DNA of 64,000 bases from an uncultured delta proteobacterium (GTDB lineage: Bacteria; Desulfobacterota; Binatia; Bin18), in NCBI GenBank assembly GCA_963733195.1, contig CAVTCR010000033.1, positions 32,001-96,000 of the forward strand. The letters run 5' to 3'. Each line of letters begins with the position of its first letter. The stretch's first letter is position 1. A program made the translations under genes and the position numbers. Positions 42,286-52,851 of the stretch are shown in pieces. The notes under the pieces are model-generated. The model was not told where the DNA came from, did no database searches, and saw only the letters and a program-made list of their open reading frames with translations.

Positions 42286-42522
42286 TCATGTAGACTGCTT
42301 CTGCAGCGCTGCACGAACTTCCTCGTACTCAGGGAATCTGCCCGTCGCTTTCTTGGAATAGATCTTCTTCCCGTCGACAAGCACTTCAAAGCGTCCGTCA
42401 TCGTACGGGGCTAAAGTGAGTGAGTTCACGCGTTGTTTATACTCGTTGAGTAGTTGTTCCGTCAGACTGACGGCTTCAGGTTCATAACTTCACGCGGCGC
42501 AATATTCGATGCGGATTTCCAT
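42286..42522 (-). CDS. SelW/SelT/SelH (Rdx family) selenoprotein, CxxU
   Basis: MEIRIEYCAA-TGA-SYEPEAVSL..DGRFEVLVDGKKIYSKKATGRFPE, 78 aa; RBS AAGGAG; TGA at 42490-42492. Confidence 0.92.
42459..42473 (-). promoter_or_regulatory. Bacterial SECIS-like hairpin
   Basis: CCGTCA-GTC-TGACGG, starting 16 nt after the in-frame UGA. Confidence 0.7.
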
Positions 42523-42541
42523 ACGAGACTCCTTTGGGAGA

Positions 42542-42687
42542 AGAATACAGAAGTTAGAAGTCAGAATCTAGAATAGTGCTTCATCGCAAAGGATTTGAGG
42601 GGTGTGTCATTCTCCCTCACTGAAGATGAGGAGTTGTCATTGCGAGCATAGCTGAAGCAATCTCGGTCTTCCCTCTTCTAAATTCTC
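42542..42687. repeat. Heptamer array plus an RPE-like palindromic element
   Basis: AGAATAC AGAAGTT AGAAGTC AGAATCT AGAATAG; GTCATTGCGAG..GAAGCAATCTC at 42636-42664. Confidence 0.7.
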
Positions 42688-42749
42688 AAAAGCAGCTTTG
42701 CTTTCCCTCTGTGGCTGGTCTATGCTCCGGGCAAGATTCATGAAGGAGG

Positions 42750-44063
42750 ATGGTTATGGACTGGCGTGAACGCTGCGGCGACAAGCTTGTCGCTGCCCAG
42801 GAAGCGATGAAAGCTGTGCGCGATGGAGATTCAGTGCAAGTGAACTGGCTGCATGCCACGCCGGTAACGTTATGTGAGGCGTTGCTTGCACGAAAGGATA
42901 CGCTCCGCAACGTTACAGTCGGTACAATTGGTCCGCTGTTTAATTGGGACCAGCCAGGTGCAGATCAAGCTCTGACGATACAGACACCGTACCTTGGTGC
43001 CACAACACGGCCCATGATGGAGAAGGGGAAAGTGGATTTCGTTCCGGTGATGTACTACCGCCACCATGAACTACCACCGGGCTTACGATGCGATGTCTAT
43101 CTGACGCCGGTCTCGCCACCGGATAAGCACGGATATTGTAGTTTCGGGACTGGTCTCTTCATGTCGAAGACGATGAGTGCTGCGGCACGAGTCGTGATCG
43201 CTGAAGTGCACGAAGGCTTCATTCGTACCGGTGGTGAGAATTATATTCACGCCTCAGAAATCACACACTTTGTCGAACCTACCACGCCGCCAGCGACACT
43301 TCCGGCTACTGCACGTAACGAAGAAGAGGTCACGGCGACCGAGATCATCTGTACGTTGGTAGCAAATGAATTGATCAATGACGGAGATACTGTCCAGATT
43401 GGACTTGGGAGCGTCTCATCACCCCTAGCGATGTATCTTGATAATAAGAATGATATCGGTATTCACACTGAAGTCATTCCCGGCGGAGTTGCGCGATTAG
43501 TACAAAAGGGTGTGATTACTGGAAAGTATAAAACGGTCAACCCGGGAAAAGTCGTTGCTAGTGCTGGTATTGGCGTGTTACCCGACGAACTCGACATTAT
43601 CGACCATAATCCTAACTTCGAGTTCTATGATTTCACCTATACCGATGACTTACGCTTGCTCGTGAATCAGAAGAACTACGTTGCGGTCAACAATGCATTG
43701 GCCATCGATCTAGGTGGGCAAGCGTGTTCGGAATCGATCGGGCCGTTGATGTATACCGGCACTGGTGGACAGGCAATTTTTGCTGTCACCGCCGCCTACT
43801 GCAATCCTGGGAAATCGGTACTCGTCACTCCGTCAAGTTCGATCGTGAAAGGCCGACGTATCTCGCGGATCGTGCCGACATTGGAAGCTGGCAGTGTGGT
43901 GACGGCGCAGCGTGCCTTTGTTGATTATGTCGTCACTGAATATGGCATCGCTACGTTGCGCGGCAAAAGTCTGCGACAACGAGCTGCCGCGCTTGTCGAG
44001 GTGGCACATCCTGAGTTCCGCCCGGATCTCATGAGAGAAGCGCAGCGTATCTATCTGATGTAA
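42750..44063 (+). CDS. Acetyl-CoA hydrolase/4-hydroxybutyrate CoA-transferase family protein
   Basis: [41 protein letters not shown]. Confidence 0.92.
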   Translation: MVMDWRERCGDKLVAAQEAMKAVRDGDSVQVNWLHATPVTLCEALLARKDTLRNVTVGTIGPLFNWDQPGADQALTIQTPYLGATTRPMMEKGKVDFVPVMYYRHHELPPGLRCDVYLTPVSPPDKHGYCSFGTGLFMSKTMSAAARVVIAEVHEGFIRTGGENYIHASEITHFVEPTTPPATLPATARNEEEVTATEIICTLVANELINDGDTVQIGLGSVSSPLAMYLDNKNDIGIHTEVIPGGVARLVQKGVITGKYKTVNPGKVVASAGIGVLPDELDIIDHNPNFEFYDFTYTDDLRLLVNQKNYVAVNNALAIDLGGQACSESIGPLMYTGTGGQAIFAVTAAYCNPGKSVLVTPSSSIVKGRRISRIVPTLEAGSVVTAQRAFVDYVVTEYGIATLRGKSLRQRAAALVEVAHPEFRPDLMREAQRIYLM

Positions 44064-44115
44064 GAACGTGGAACGTAATGCGGAAAAACGTGAACTGGTA
44101 AAAATAAGGCTTGAT

Positions 44116-46173
44116 ATGGAACAGAAATTCACTAATCGCCTAGCTCAGGAAACGAGTCCTTATCTTCTCCAGCATGCACACAATCCCGTGGATTGGTATC
44201 CGTGGAATGAGGAAGCATTTGCCAAAGCCAAAGCTGAGAACAAGCCGATATTACTCAGCGTTGGCTACTCTGCGTGCCACTGGTGTCATGTGATGGAGCG
44301 TGAATCGTTTGAGAATGAGAAAATCGCTAAGCTCATGAACGATCTGTTTGTGAATATCAAGGTTGATCGCGAAGAACGACCAGATGTTGACGAGATCTAC
44401 ATGAATGCGGTGCAGATGCTCACTGGTCGCGGCGGATGGCCAATGACGGTGTTTCTCACGCCGGAAGGCAAACCCTTCTACGGAGGAACGTATTTCCCTC
44501 CTGAGGATCGCCATGGCTTGCCTGCGTTTCCGCGCGTACTTGCTGGTGTTGCGCAAGCGTATTACGAACGCCCACAAGATATTGTCAACGCGACGACACA
44601 GATTCTGGAGAACCTCGAAAAGATTGCGCATCGTGAAGAGACCTTACGCCCTCTCCAAGTGGAAGCGTTGGAAAAAGCCGCCGCGACTTTAGCCCAGCAT
44701 GTTGATCACACGCATGGCGGATTGGGAGGCGCGCCGAAATTTCCCAACTCCATGGTGTTTGCCCTCTTTCTCCGTCAACACAAAGCTAGTGGAAGTGCGC
44801 AGTACCTTGATATGACACTCCATACATTGCGCAAGATGGCCGACGGTGGGATGTACGACCAGATCGGTGGTGGATTCCATCGCTACTCTGTTGATGAACG
44901 CTGGCTCGTACCCCATTTTGAGAAGATGCTGTACGATAACGCGTTGCTCGCTCGTGTCTATCTCGAAGCCTATCAGGTGACACAGGATGTGTTCTTTCGC
45001 CAAGTAGTCGAGGAGATTCTTGCCTATGTTGAGCGAGAGATGTTGCACCCAGAAGGCGGGTTCTACTCGACGCAAGACGCCGACTCAGAGGGTGAGGAAG
45101 GAAAGTTTTTTGTCTGGAGCCGAGATGAGGTGCTACACATTCTTGGTGATGAGGTCGGAGAGATTTTCTGCCGCTACTATGATGTGACCGATGTCGGGAA
45201 TTTCGAACACTACAATATCCTCCATCCGACACTTTCGATTGAACAATTAGCAAAACTCTTCCGACGCGATGCCAATGAATTATCGCGACACCTGACCGAG
45301 GCGAAGCAAAAGCTTTTTGCCGTACGCGAACACCGGGTGAAACCTGGGCGTGACGAAAAGATCCTGACGAGTTGGAATGGGCTGATGCTCTCGGCGTTTG
45401 CCGAAGGGTACAAGGTTCTTGGTAATCCGCGCTACCTAGAAGTTGCGCGTAAGACGACCGACTTCATCTTTACTCGGCTCTACCGGGATGGGCGGCTTTT
45501 ACGCAGTTACAAGGATGGTCAAGCGAAGTTCAACGCCTATCTCGACGACTACGCATTCTTGACGGCGGCATTGCTTGATCTCTATGAAGCGACATTTGAA
45601 CGTTCGTTTCTGAATCGAGCGGTCGAACTTACTGAGACGCTTCTCACACGCTTTTGGGACGAAACAGAAGGCGCGTTCTTTTTCACGAGTAGCGATCATG
45701 AGGAGCTTATCAGTCGAACGAAATCGGCGTTTGATGGCTCAATTCCCTCCGGGAATTCTGTGGCAGCGTTTAACTTGTTACGCCTCTTCTACTTGACTGA
45801 GAAACAAGACTATCTGACCAAAGCGGAGAAGTTGCTGCGGCTTTTCTATGATGCCATGGAGCAAAATCCATTCGGCTTCAGTCATATGCTCTGCGCGCTC
45901 GATTTTTATCTGCGCCGACCAAAGGAAGTGGTACTCTTGGGAGAAAAGCACGAGCCGCAGACACGCGAGTTGATTGCTTACATTCACAGCTTGTTTATTC
46001 CGAATAAGACGTTGATCTGTATAGACCCGCAGCAAGGAGACCCGCTTCCGAGTTTGCTGACTGGGAAGACACAGATCGAAGGCAAAGTCACTGCATACGT
46101 TTGCCACAATTTCACCTGCTCGCTACCAGTTACGAACCGAGAAGCGCTGAAAGAAGTACTGCTCTCGTCATAA
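44116..46173 (+). CDS. YyaL/DUF255 thioredoxin-domain protein
   Basis: [48 protein letters not shown]. Confidence 0.95.
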   Translation: MEQKFTNRLAQETSPYLLQHAHNPVDWYPWNEEAFAKAKAENKPILLSVGYSACHWCHVMERESFENEKIAKLMNDLFVNIKVDREERPDVDEIYMNAVQMLTGRGGWPMTVFLTPEGKPFYGGTYFPPEDRHGLPAFPRVLAGVAQAYYERPQDIVNATTQILENLEKIAHREETLRPLQVEALEKAAATLAQHVDHTHGGLGGAPKFPNSMVFALFLRQHKASGSAQYLDMTLHTLRKMADGGMYDQIGGGFHRYSVDERWLVPHFEKMLYDNALLARVYLEAYQVTQDVFFRQVVEEILAYVEREMLHPEGGFYSTQDADSEGEEGKFFVWSRDEVLHILGDEVGEIFCRYYDVTDVGNFEHYNILHPTLSIEQLAKLFRRDANELSRHLTEAKQKLFAVREHRVKPGRDEKILTSWNGLMLSAFAEGYKVLGNPRYLEVARKTTDFIFTRLYRDGRLLRSYKDGQAKFNAYLDDYAFLTAALLDLYEATFERSFLNRAVELTETLLTRFWDETEGAFFFTSSDHEELISRTKSAFDGSIPSGNSVAAFNLLRLFYLTEKQDYLTKAEKLLRLFYDAMEQNPFGFSHMLCALDFYLRRPKEVVLLGEKHEPQTRELIAYIHSLFIPNKTLICIDPQQGDPLPSLLTGKTQIEGKVTAYVCHNFTCSLPVTNREALKEVLLSS

Positions 46174-46196
46174 GACATAGGCCAAAAGGGGGAGCT

Positions 46197-46703
46197 ATGC
46201 GTATCGTGGGAGTGGTGTTGCAGATCGTCTTTTTTCTCGCATTAGTGTTTGCCTCGTTGTTGGTTGCTGGTGTGATTTCTAACCGCCTGCCCTTGAATGA
46301 CCCGCCTGGTTTCGGCACACGAATCTCAACGTATCTCTCTACGAATGTTGCCGAAACTTCGACTGACTCTGCTTTTCCCGAGTTAAAACTGCGCCGTTAC
46401 GAAGCGCCACCGAGTTTGTTGTTTGATGTCGTACGGCGCGCTGTCCAAGGAATGAAATGGGAAGTGACTGCAATGGATGACACGAAGAATGAGATTCGTG
46501 CAGTTGTCACAACCAAGCTGTGGAAATATAAGGATGACGTGACGGTACAAATCCAGCCTGCCCAGCCGAGCGGGAGTTGGCTGTGGATTCGTTCTTCCTC
46601 ACGTGTGGGGAAGGGGGATTTAGGGGCGAACACGCGCCATGTGATGGACCTGGTTCGTTATGTTGATGAAACCGTGCCAAAACAAGCATTGGTTACACAA
46701 TGA
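46197..46703 (+). CDS. DUF1499 family protein
   Basis: N-terminal TM segment; TKLWKYKDDV..RSSSRVGKGDLGANTRH. Confidence 0.85.
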   Translation: MRIVGVVLQIVFFLALVFASLLVAGVISNRLPLNDPPGFGTRISTYLSTNVAETSTDSAFPELKLRRYEAPPSLLFDVVRRAVQGMKWEVTAMDDTKNEIRAVVTTKLWKYKDDVTVQIQPAQPSGSWLWIRSSSRVGKGDLGANTRHVMDLVRYVDETVPKQALVTQ

Positions 46704-46998
46704 TGAGTTAAGAATGAAGAGTGAAGAATTAAGAGTACGTCAGAAGGGATACTCGTACCCTGTCAGGGGGATTGTGAAGGGCTTCCGTCTGTCATGCCCG
46801 CACAGCCTGTCCCAAGTTCTACTGGGACTTGTCTCAGGTTCTACCGAGAGCGGGCATCCAGAAATCTCAAGCCGAAGCCGTGAGGTTTACCCCACGGCTT
46901 CCCACTTCCGCGAGAATGATGCCGCCACAATCTCCCTCTCAAATCTCAATGACCGAGTACTAGCTTTCGCATAACTCTTCACACTTCATTCTTCATTT
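46704..46998. repeat. Nested palindromic intergenic element
   Basis: Outer heptamer inverted arrays with several inner stems (see findings). Confidence 0.75.
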
Positions 46999-47015
46999 CC
47001 TAAAAAGGGGGGACA

Positions 47016-47897
47016 ATGGAGAAGCCGGTACGCTTCTACAGCGAAACCGTGCCAATGGCCGGGGTGCTATTCATGCCCGAGGGAATGGCTGCAAATGAAA
47101 AGCGACCCGGTATCGTCATGTGTCACGGATTTACCGCGGTCAAAGAGGTTCTGCTTCCAGAGATTGCACGCAGGATGGCTACCCTCGGGTATGTCACCTT
47201 AACTTTCGATTATCGTTTTTTGGGGGCGAGCGGGGGTGAACCACGTCGGCAAATCCTACCGATGCGGCAGATTGAAGATATTCGTAATGCCGTCACGTTT
47301 TTACAGAACCAGCATGAAGTGAACCCTGAACGGATTGGTTTACTGGGAGTGAGTCTTGGTGGTGCGAATGTCAGTTATGCGGCGGGAGTCGAAGATCGTG
47401 TGAAAGCCACGGTGAGTGTGTGTGGCATTGGTGATTGCGGCCGCTGGATTCGTGATGCGTGCCACTTTTGGGAATGGAAAGCGCTGTTACAGCGACTCAC
47501 AGAGGATCGACGCGAGCGGGTTGTGACCGGGAAGTTGCAATATGTTCATGCCAAAGACATCGTCCCTGAACCTGAAAGCACCTCCGTCCTGTTCGAGCAG
47601 ATTCTTCATCAGTATCCACAATGGAGCCGGGAGATCACACTGGCTTCTGGGGAGGCGCTGATAGCCTATCGCCCGGAGTCGGTCGTCGAGAAAATATCAC
47701 CGAGAGCTATTATGTGGTTGCATGGCGATGCCGACGAGCGCGTGTCGATGGAAGAATCGGTTTCGATGTTTAATAAGGCTAGCGAACCGAAGAAGCTTGT
47801 GATTCTTCCAGGCCTTGGGCACAGTGATATTATTTCGGGTCCTGGACTAGATCAAAGCGTGCCATATATCAAGGAATGGTTTGCCTTACATCTTTAA
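47016..47897 (+). CDS. Alpha/beta hydrolase
   Basis: CHGF, FDYRFLGASGGEPR, GVSLGG, HGDADE, GLGH. Confidence 0.9.
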   Translation: MEKPVRFYSETVPMAGVLFMPEGMAANEKRPGIVMCHGFTAVKEVLLPEIARRMATLGYVTLTFDYRFLGASGGEPRRQILPMRQIEDIRNAVTFLQNQHEVNPERIGLLGVSLGGANVSYAAGVEDRVKATVSVCGIGDCGRWIRDACHFWEWKALLQRLTEDRRERVVTGKLQYVHAKDIVPEPESTSVLFEQILHQYPQWSREITLASGEALIAYRPESVVEKISPRAIMWLHGDADERVSMEESVSMFNKASEPKKLVILPGLGHSDIISGPGLDQSVPYIKEWFALHL

Positions 47898-47994
47898 GGC
47901 AAAAGTCAAACGTAGCGTGCGTGGTGAGTGCTTTAGCAGTGACCCTACTTGCAACCTTTACGTTTGAATGTGCGAATAATAGGGAGGGAAACGA

Positions 47995-48783
47995 ATGAGT
48001 GATTTTCGTGAAGAATACGTTGAATTGAGCGGCGCGAAAGTTCACCTGTTACGTGGGGGAAAAGGAGCCCCGCTGTTACTCTTGCACGGGGCGGCTGGGA
48101 ACCCGGGCTGGTTGCAAATTCACCAGATGCTCGCTCAACACTATGAGCTATATTTCCCAACCCATCCTGGGTTTGGTCGTTCAACACGGCCAAACTGGTT
48201 CGACTCCATGAGTGATATGGTTGATTTTTATATGGACTTTCTCGACCATTTTAAGCTGCAGCGTGTTCCGGTTGTCGGCTTTTCGATGGGAGGATGGATT
48301 GCGGCAGAATTGGCAGCGACGTGCCCAGAGCGTGTGACGAAGCTGGTCTTGGTTGATGCCGTTGGGTTGAAAGTAGAAAGCGTTGAGATTGCTGATATTT
48401 TCCTGCTCACTCCACAAGAAATGTCTCCGTTAGTATTCTATGACCTAAACCAAGTCGTAGAGAGGGAAAAACTCTTTCCTGCAAAGCCCACACCTGAAGA
48501 AGTGGAGCTGCGAGAAAACAGTCAACTTATGGCTCAGCTTATTGGGTGGAAGCCGTACATGCATAACCCAAAACTGATTCATCGCTTACGTCGCGTGACG
48601 TCACCGACACTTGTGGTGTGGGGCAAGCAAGACCGATTGGTGCCGCTTGCGCACGGAGAGGCATATTGTAAGGCGATCCGTAGAGCCGAACTTAAAGTGC
48701 TAGATTGTTGTGGCCACTCGCCACAACTGGAACGACCAGCAGAATTTGCTGCGATAGTTGAAGAATTCTTGGCGCGCGCTTAA
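47995..48783 (+). CDS. Alpha/beta fold hydrolase
   Basis: LLLLHG, PGFGRS, GFSMGG, WGKQD, CGHSP. Confidence 0.92.
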   Translation: MSDFREEYVELSGAKVHLLRGGKGAPLLLLHGAAGNPGWLQIHQMLAQHYELYFPTHPGFGRSTRPNWFDSMSDMVDFYMDFLDHFKLQRVPVVGFSMGGWIAAELAATCPERVTKLVLVDAVGLKVESVEIADIFLLTPQEMSPLVFYDLNQVVEREKLFPAKPTPEEVELRENSQLMAQLIGWKPYMHNPKLIHRLRRVTSPTLVVWGKQDRLVPLAHGEAYCKAIRRAELKVLDCCGHSPQLERPAEFAAIVEEFLARA

Positions 48784-48803
48784 GCAAGGGACAAGGGGAG
48801 CAT

Positions 48804-49950
48804 ATGATTGATTACTATTATTTCAGCGAGATGCCGTATCCTGAAACTCCGGAGCTTGATCAGTATCCATCTATTCGTCTGACTTATCCCAACAAATACT
48901 TTAATCCGGAAACTGGGGCCAAACTCTATAAACGCTATCTTGATGAGTATGCGTATGCAGAGACGGTGGGGTTTGATGGATTAATGGTCAATGAACACCA
49001 TAACACCCCAACCTGTATGCATATGGCCGTGAACCTGAGTGCGGCGGCTCTCATCCAGCGCACGAAGACCAGCAAAATTCTTCTCTTGGGGAATGTGATC
49101 GCGTTATGGGAGAATCCCATCCGTCTGGCGGAAGAAGTTGCCATGCTCGACCTGATGTCTGAAGGGCGGATCATCTCGGGTTTTGTGCGTGGCATTGGTA
49201 TCGAGCAATTTTCCATGAACCTCAATCCAGGATTGAATCGAGAGCGCTTTCAAGAATCTCATGATTTAATCCTCAAAACCTGGACGCAGCCTGGGCCGTT
49301 CCGTTGGGAAGGGAAACATTTCCATTTTCGTTATGTGAATCCGTGGATCTTCCCTTTACAAAAACCGCACCCACCCATTTGGATTCCTGGAATCGGCAGC
49401 CGGGAATCAATCATATGGGCTGCACAGCATGGCTATCCTTACGTTTCGTTTCTGGCGCCGATGGATATGGCCGAGCAATGGTTTGATCTTTATCGTGAAA
49501 CCGCGCAAGAGAGTGGCTACACGCCGACGCAAGACAACCTTGGATACATGACCGGTCTCTTCGTTGCCGATACCGAGGCGGAAGCGCGTAAATCGTTTGA
49601 GCACTATTTGTGGCGAACCCAGACCTCACTAAAAGGGCCGATACATTATTATATGCCTATCGGGATGACGACACGTGGAACAGCCTCTATTCTTTCGGAA
49701 GGAGGGGTCGGTAAAAAACATAAACCAGTTTTTCAGATGTCGATTGATGAGTCTGCAGGAGTCTGGTGGCTTTGTTTTCGGAACACCACAAACAGTGAAG
49801 CAACGGCTCAAGGAAATCATTAAGCGTTTAGGTATCGGACACATGATTTTCGAAGCACAGTATGGCGGATTACCACATGATTTGACGATGCGGAGTATTG
49901 AGTTGATGGGCAAGGAGGTATTACCTGCGCTGCGACAAGAGCTAGCATAG
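48804..49950 (+). CDS. LLM-class flavin-dependent oxidoreductase (frameshift near 49753)
   Basis: GFDGLMVNEHH, LDLMSEGRIISGFVRG, PLQKPHPPIW; second frame ends SIELMGKEVLPALR. Confidence 0.88.
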
Positions 49951-49966
49951 GCAAAGTATCTCCATC

Positions 49967-49996
49967 GTAGAGACGTGACATATCGCGTCTTTCTAC
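49967..49996. repeat. REP-like palindrome
   Basis: GTAGAGACGTGACATATCGCGTCTTTCTAC. Confidence 0.65.
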
Positions 49997-50169
49997 CAAG
50001 TACATCTCATGCGAAATCTCAGGAAGTGAATCCACAATTCACTCGAAAAAACTATAGGGCTGGGCCCTGAGCGATTTGAAAAGGGGCCGATGGTGTCGAT
50101 ACACCAGAGATATGAATAAATGCCTACTGGCAATTGTTGCATTCGCGAGGTGACGTGCAAAAAGGGGTA

Positions 50170-50688
50170 GTGAATACGTGTCGCTTGCTATTATTAGTCC
50201 TTGCAGCACTCATCAGTCATTCGAACTGTGTTGAAGCGCAAATCTACAAGTGGGTGGATAAGAATGGAGTCATCCACTTTGGACAAGCTCCGCCGCAAGG
50301 TACTGACGGCACGGCAAAAATGGAATCGACACTACCAACTAAGAGCGTTGGTCCGAATATCGATCATTCTTCAGTAGAAGCTGAGAAAGCTCAACGAACT
50401 GAGAAAAAGCCTCCAGTGGTGGAAGAACGCGCCCCAACGATGAATCCGCAAGTCGCGGCCGAAATGTATTCGACCAGTTGGTGCGGGTATTGTCGGAAAG
50501 CACGTGAGTATTTTCAGGCACGGGGGATTCCTCTTATCGAGTACGACATCGAAGTTGATGATGCTGCAGCTCAACGCAAACGACAAATCGATCCGCGCCC
50601 AGGAGTGCCACTGGTTGTGATTAATGGACAGCTGATTCATGGTTTTGTTCCGGCGATGTATGAACGTGCTTTAACTCGTCGGCCCTAA
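50170..50688 (+). CDS. DUF4124 plus glutaredoxin-like exported protein
   Basis: Signal peptide, IYKWVDKNGVIHF, YSTSWCGYC, GVPLVVING. Confidence 0.88.
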   Translation: MNTCRLLLLVLAALISHSNCVEAQIYKWVDKNGVIHFGQAPPQGTDGTAKMESTLPTKSVGPNIDHSSVEAEKAQRTEKKPPVVEERAPTMNPQVAAEMYSTSWCGYCRKAREYFQARGIPLIEYDIEVDDAAAQRKRQIDPRPGVPLVVINGQLIHGFVPAMYERALTRRP

Positions 50689-50726
50689 GACGGGAAAGGG
50701 CGAAAGAAAAATAAAGGATTACTCTC

Positions 50727-51479
50727 ATGCTTCTAGCGAATAGAGTTGCGTTAATTACCGGTTCATCACGAGGGTCGGGTGCTGGGATTGCTCGTGTCTT
50801 TGCTCGTGAAGGCGCACAGATTGTTCTGAATCAAGTTAAAGATGAAGGCAATCCGCAACGGGTGCTTGAAGAAATTCATGCTGCTGGAGGGAAGGCTCTT
50901 TGTGTGAAGGCAGATATTACGAATGAGCAGCAAGTCAATGAGATGATGAAAAAAGCTGAAGACGTATTTGGGCAAGTTGACATTTTGGTTAGTAATTACG
51001 CAGCAGCGATTCCGCGGAAGAGTTTTTCCGAGATGACGTGGGGAGAATGGCAGGAGCAAATAGAGACAACCGTAAAGGCAGCGGTTCTGTGTAGCCAAGC
51101 AGTATTACCTAGTATGAAGGCACGACGCTGGGGCCGTATCATTAGTGTCAACACTATCGGTATTCACCAACCTGCTTTGACGTATCATGGCTATACCGCT
51201 GCAAAGACGGCCATGATCGGCTTTACTCGTAACCTGGCGGTTGAAGTTGGACAGTTCAACATCACCGTCAATATCATTTCTCCGGGACTGACGTTGACCG
51301 AAGAAGTGAAAGCGATGCTCACCCCCGAAGCTCAGGAGAAACATGAGAAACAAATCCCGTTGCGCCGTACTGGCACTGTCGAGGATACTGCCAATGCTGC
51401 GTTGTTTTTTGCTTCAGATCTCGGGAGTTTTGTGACCGGACATTACTTACCGGTTTGCGGTGGACAGGTGATGGAATAA
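50727..51479 (+). CDS. SDR oxidoreductase
   Basis: TGSSRGSG, YTAAK, VNIISPG. Confidence 0.92.
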   Translation: MLLANRVALITGSSRGSGAGIARVFAREGAQIVLNQVKDEGNPQRVLEEIHAAGGKALCVKADITNEQQVNEMMKKAEDVFGQVDILVSNYAAAIPRKSFSEMTWGEWQEQIETTVKAAVLCSQAVLPSMKARRWGRIISVNTIGIHQPALTYHGYTAAKTAMIGFTRNLAVEVGQFNITVNIISPGLTLTEEVKAMLTPEAQEKHEKQIPLRRTGTVEDTANAALFFASDLGSFVTGHYLPVCGGQVME

Positions 51480-51773
51480 CTTCCAGTTCCAAGTTTCTAG
51501 TTGCTATAGTCGATGGCGTTTCCTTTTTGACATAAATGTCCGATAAATACGCTAGCGTTAAAAATATAGACCTGGAGATTTGTGCCCTTACTTTTCTGTT
51601 TGCGAGAGAGGGCATTTTTATCATGGACTCTTTGTGAATTTCAGTTTATTGTCTCACCTTAAGGGCTTAGATGGCGGGCAGATTGTGGATGACATCCTTC
51701 AGCTTGCTGAGATGTTGAGCCGGTTCTTTGGTCGTTAGGTTGCTGTTTGTTTATCTGAAATACGAGAGATTCT

Positions 51774-52787
51774 ATGCAACGTCGAGCAATTGCACTGTTT
51801 ACCCCGACCATTAAAAACATGGTTGAAGTCGCAAAGCTTGCAGATGATGCAGGCTTCGATTCAGTTTGGAACGGAGAGTTTTTTAATCGTAACGGCCTTG
51901 TTACGCTTGCGGCGGTGGCGCAAGGCACGAAACGGGTGAAGATCGCTACTGGCATTGCCTATGCCTACATGCGAAATCCAGTTCTTAATGCGACTGGAGC
52001 GATGGATCTCGACGAAATGTCTGACGGACGGATGATCCTTGGATTAGGCAGCGGGACAAAATCGATGAACGAAGGGTGGTATGGTCAAGCCTTCGAGCCC
52101 CGGTCAGCAGCGAAGATGAAAGAATGTGTCGCGCTCATCAGAAAAATTTGGGCGTCACACAAAGGCATGGGTGTCAGATTTGATGGTGAGTTCTATCATC
52201 TTAACATTCCCGCTTTTAGCCGTCCGTACGCTGTGCGTGATCGCATTCCTTTGTATCTTGCTGGTGTACAAAAGGGGATGTTACGGACGACAGGAGAAGT
52301 AGCCGACGGACTAGTTGGTCACCCGCTGTATAGCCGTAAGTACATCGCCGAGTTTATCAAACCAAACCTTGAGATTGGCGCAAAGCGAGCAGGGCGGAGT
52401 ATCAGCGATGTCGATCTTACTACGCTGCTCATTACCTCTATCAGTCATGACAGAGCACGAGCGATTCAAGATGCGAAGAATCAGATTGCCTTTTATGCGT
52501 CAGTGAAATCCTATGAGGGGATTCTCAACTTGCATGGTTGGGAGAAACAGAAGCTGGCAATCTGGGAAAATTTCAAAACCTTCAATCTTCCCAAGATGGC
52601 TGAGGCGGTCACTGACGATATGGTTGAACAAATCGCCGTTGCTGGTACCCCGGATGAATGTCGTGAACAACTCAAGAAGTGGGATGGGTTTGTAAACTTG
52701 CCGATTCTTTACACACCGACCGCCGGAGTGAAAGCTGACCGGGTCATGGAGAATCATCGTCTGATTGTTGAGACCTTTGCGCAGTAA
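51774..52787 (+). CDS. LLM-class oxidoreductase (Mer/F420-type subgroup possible)
   Basis: AGFDSVWNGE, SDGRMILGLGSG, GEVADG, AVAGTPDEC. Confidence 0.88.
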   Translation: MQRRAIALFTPTIKNMVEVAKLADDAGFDSVWNGEFFNRNGLVTLAAVAQGTKRVKIATGIAYAYMRNPVLNATGAMDLDEMSDGRMILGLGSGTKSMNEGWYGQAFEPRSAAKMKECVALIRKIWASHKGMGVRFDGEFYHLNIPAFSRPYAVRDRIPLYLAGVQKGMLRTTGEVADGLVGHPLYSRKYIAEFIKPNLEIGAKRAGRSISDVDLTTLLITSISHDRARAIQDAKNQIAFYASVKSYEGILNLHGWEKQKLAIWENFKTFNLPKMAEAVTDDMVEQIAVAGTPDECREQLKKWDGFVNLPILYTPTAGVKADRVMENHRLIVETFAQ

Positions 52788-52816
52788 GCTCAGCTCGCAT
52801 TACTGAATTAGAGATA

Positions 52817-52846
52817 TAAGGGCACGGCGATATTTCGTGCCCTTAC
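52817..52846. repeat. REP-like palindrome
   Basis: TAAGGGCACGG-CGATATT-TCGTGCCCTTAC. Confidence 0.65.
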
Positions 52847-52851
52847 TTCTT

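Noticed and set aside
46701-46706. Other TGA stops as selenocysteine codons
   Set aside because: The proteins are complete at those stops, with no redox motif or continued homology.
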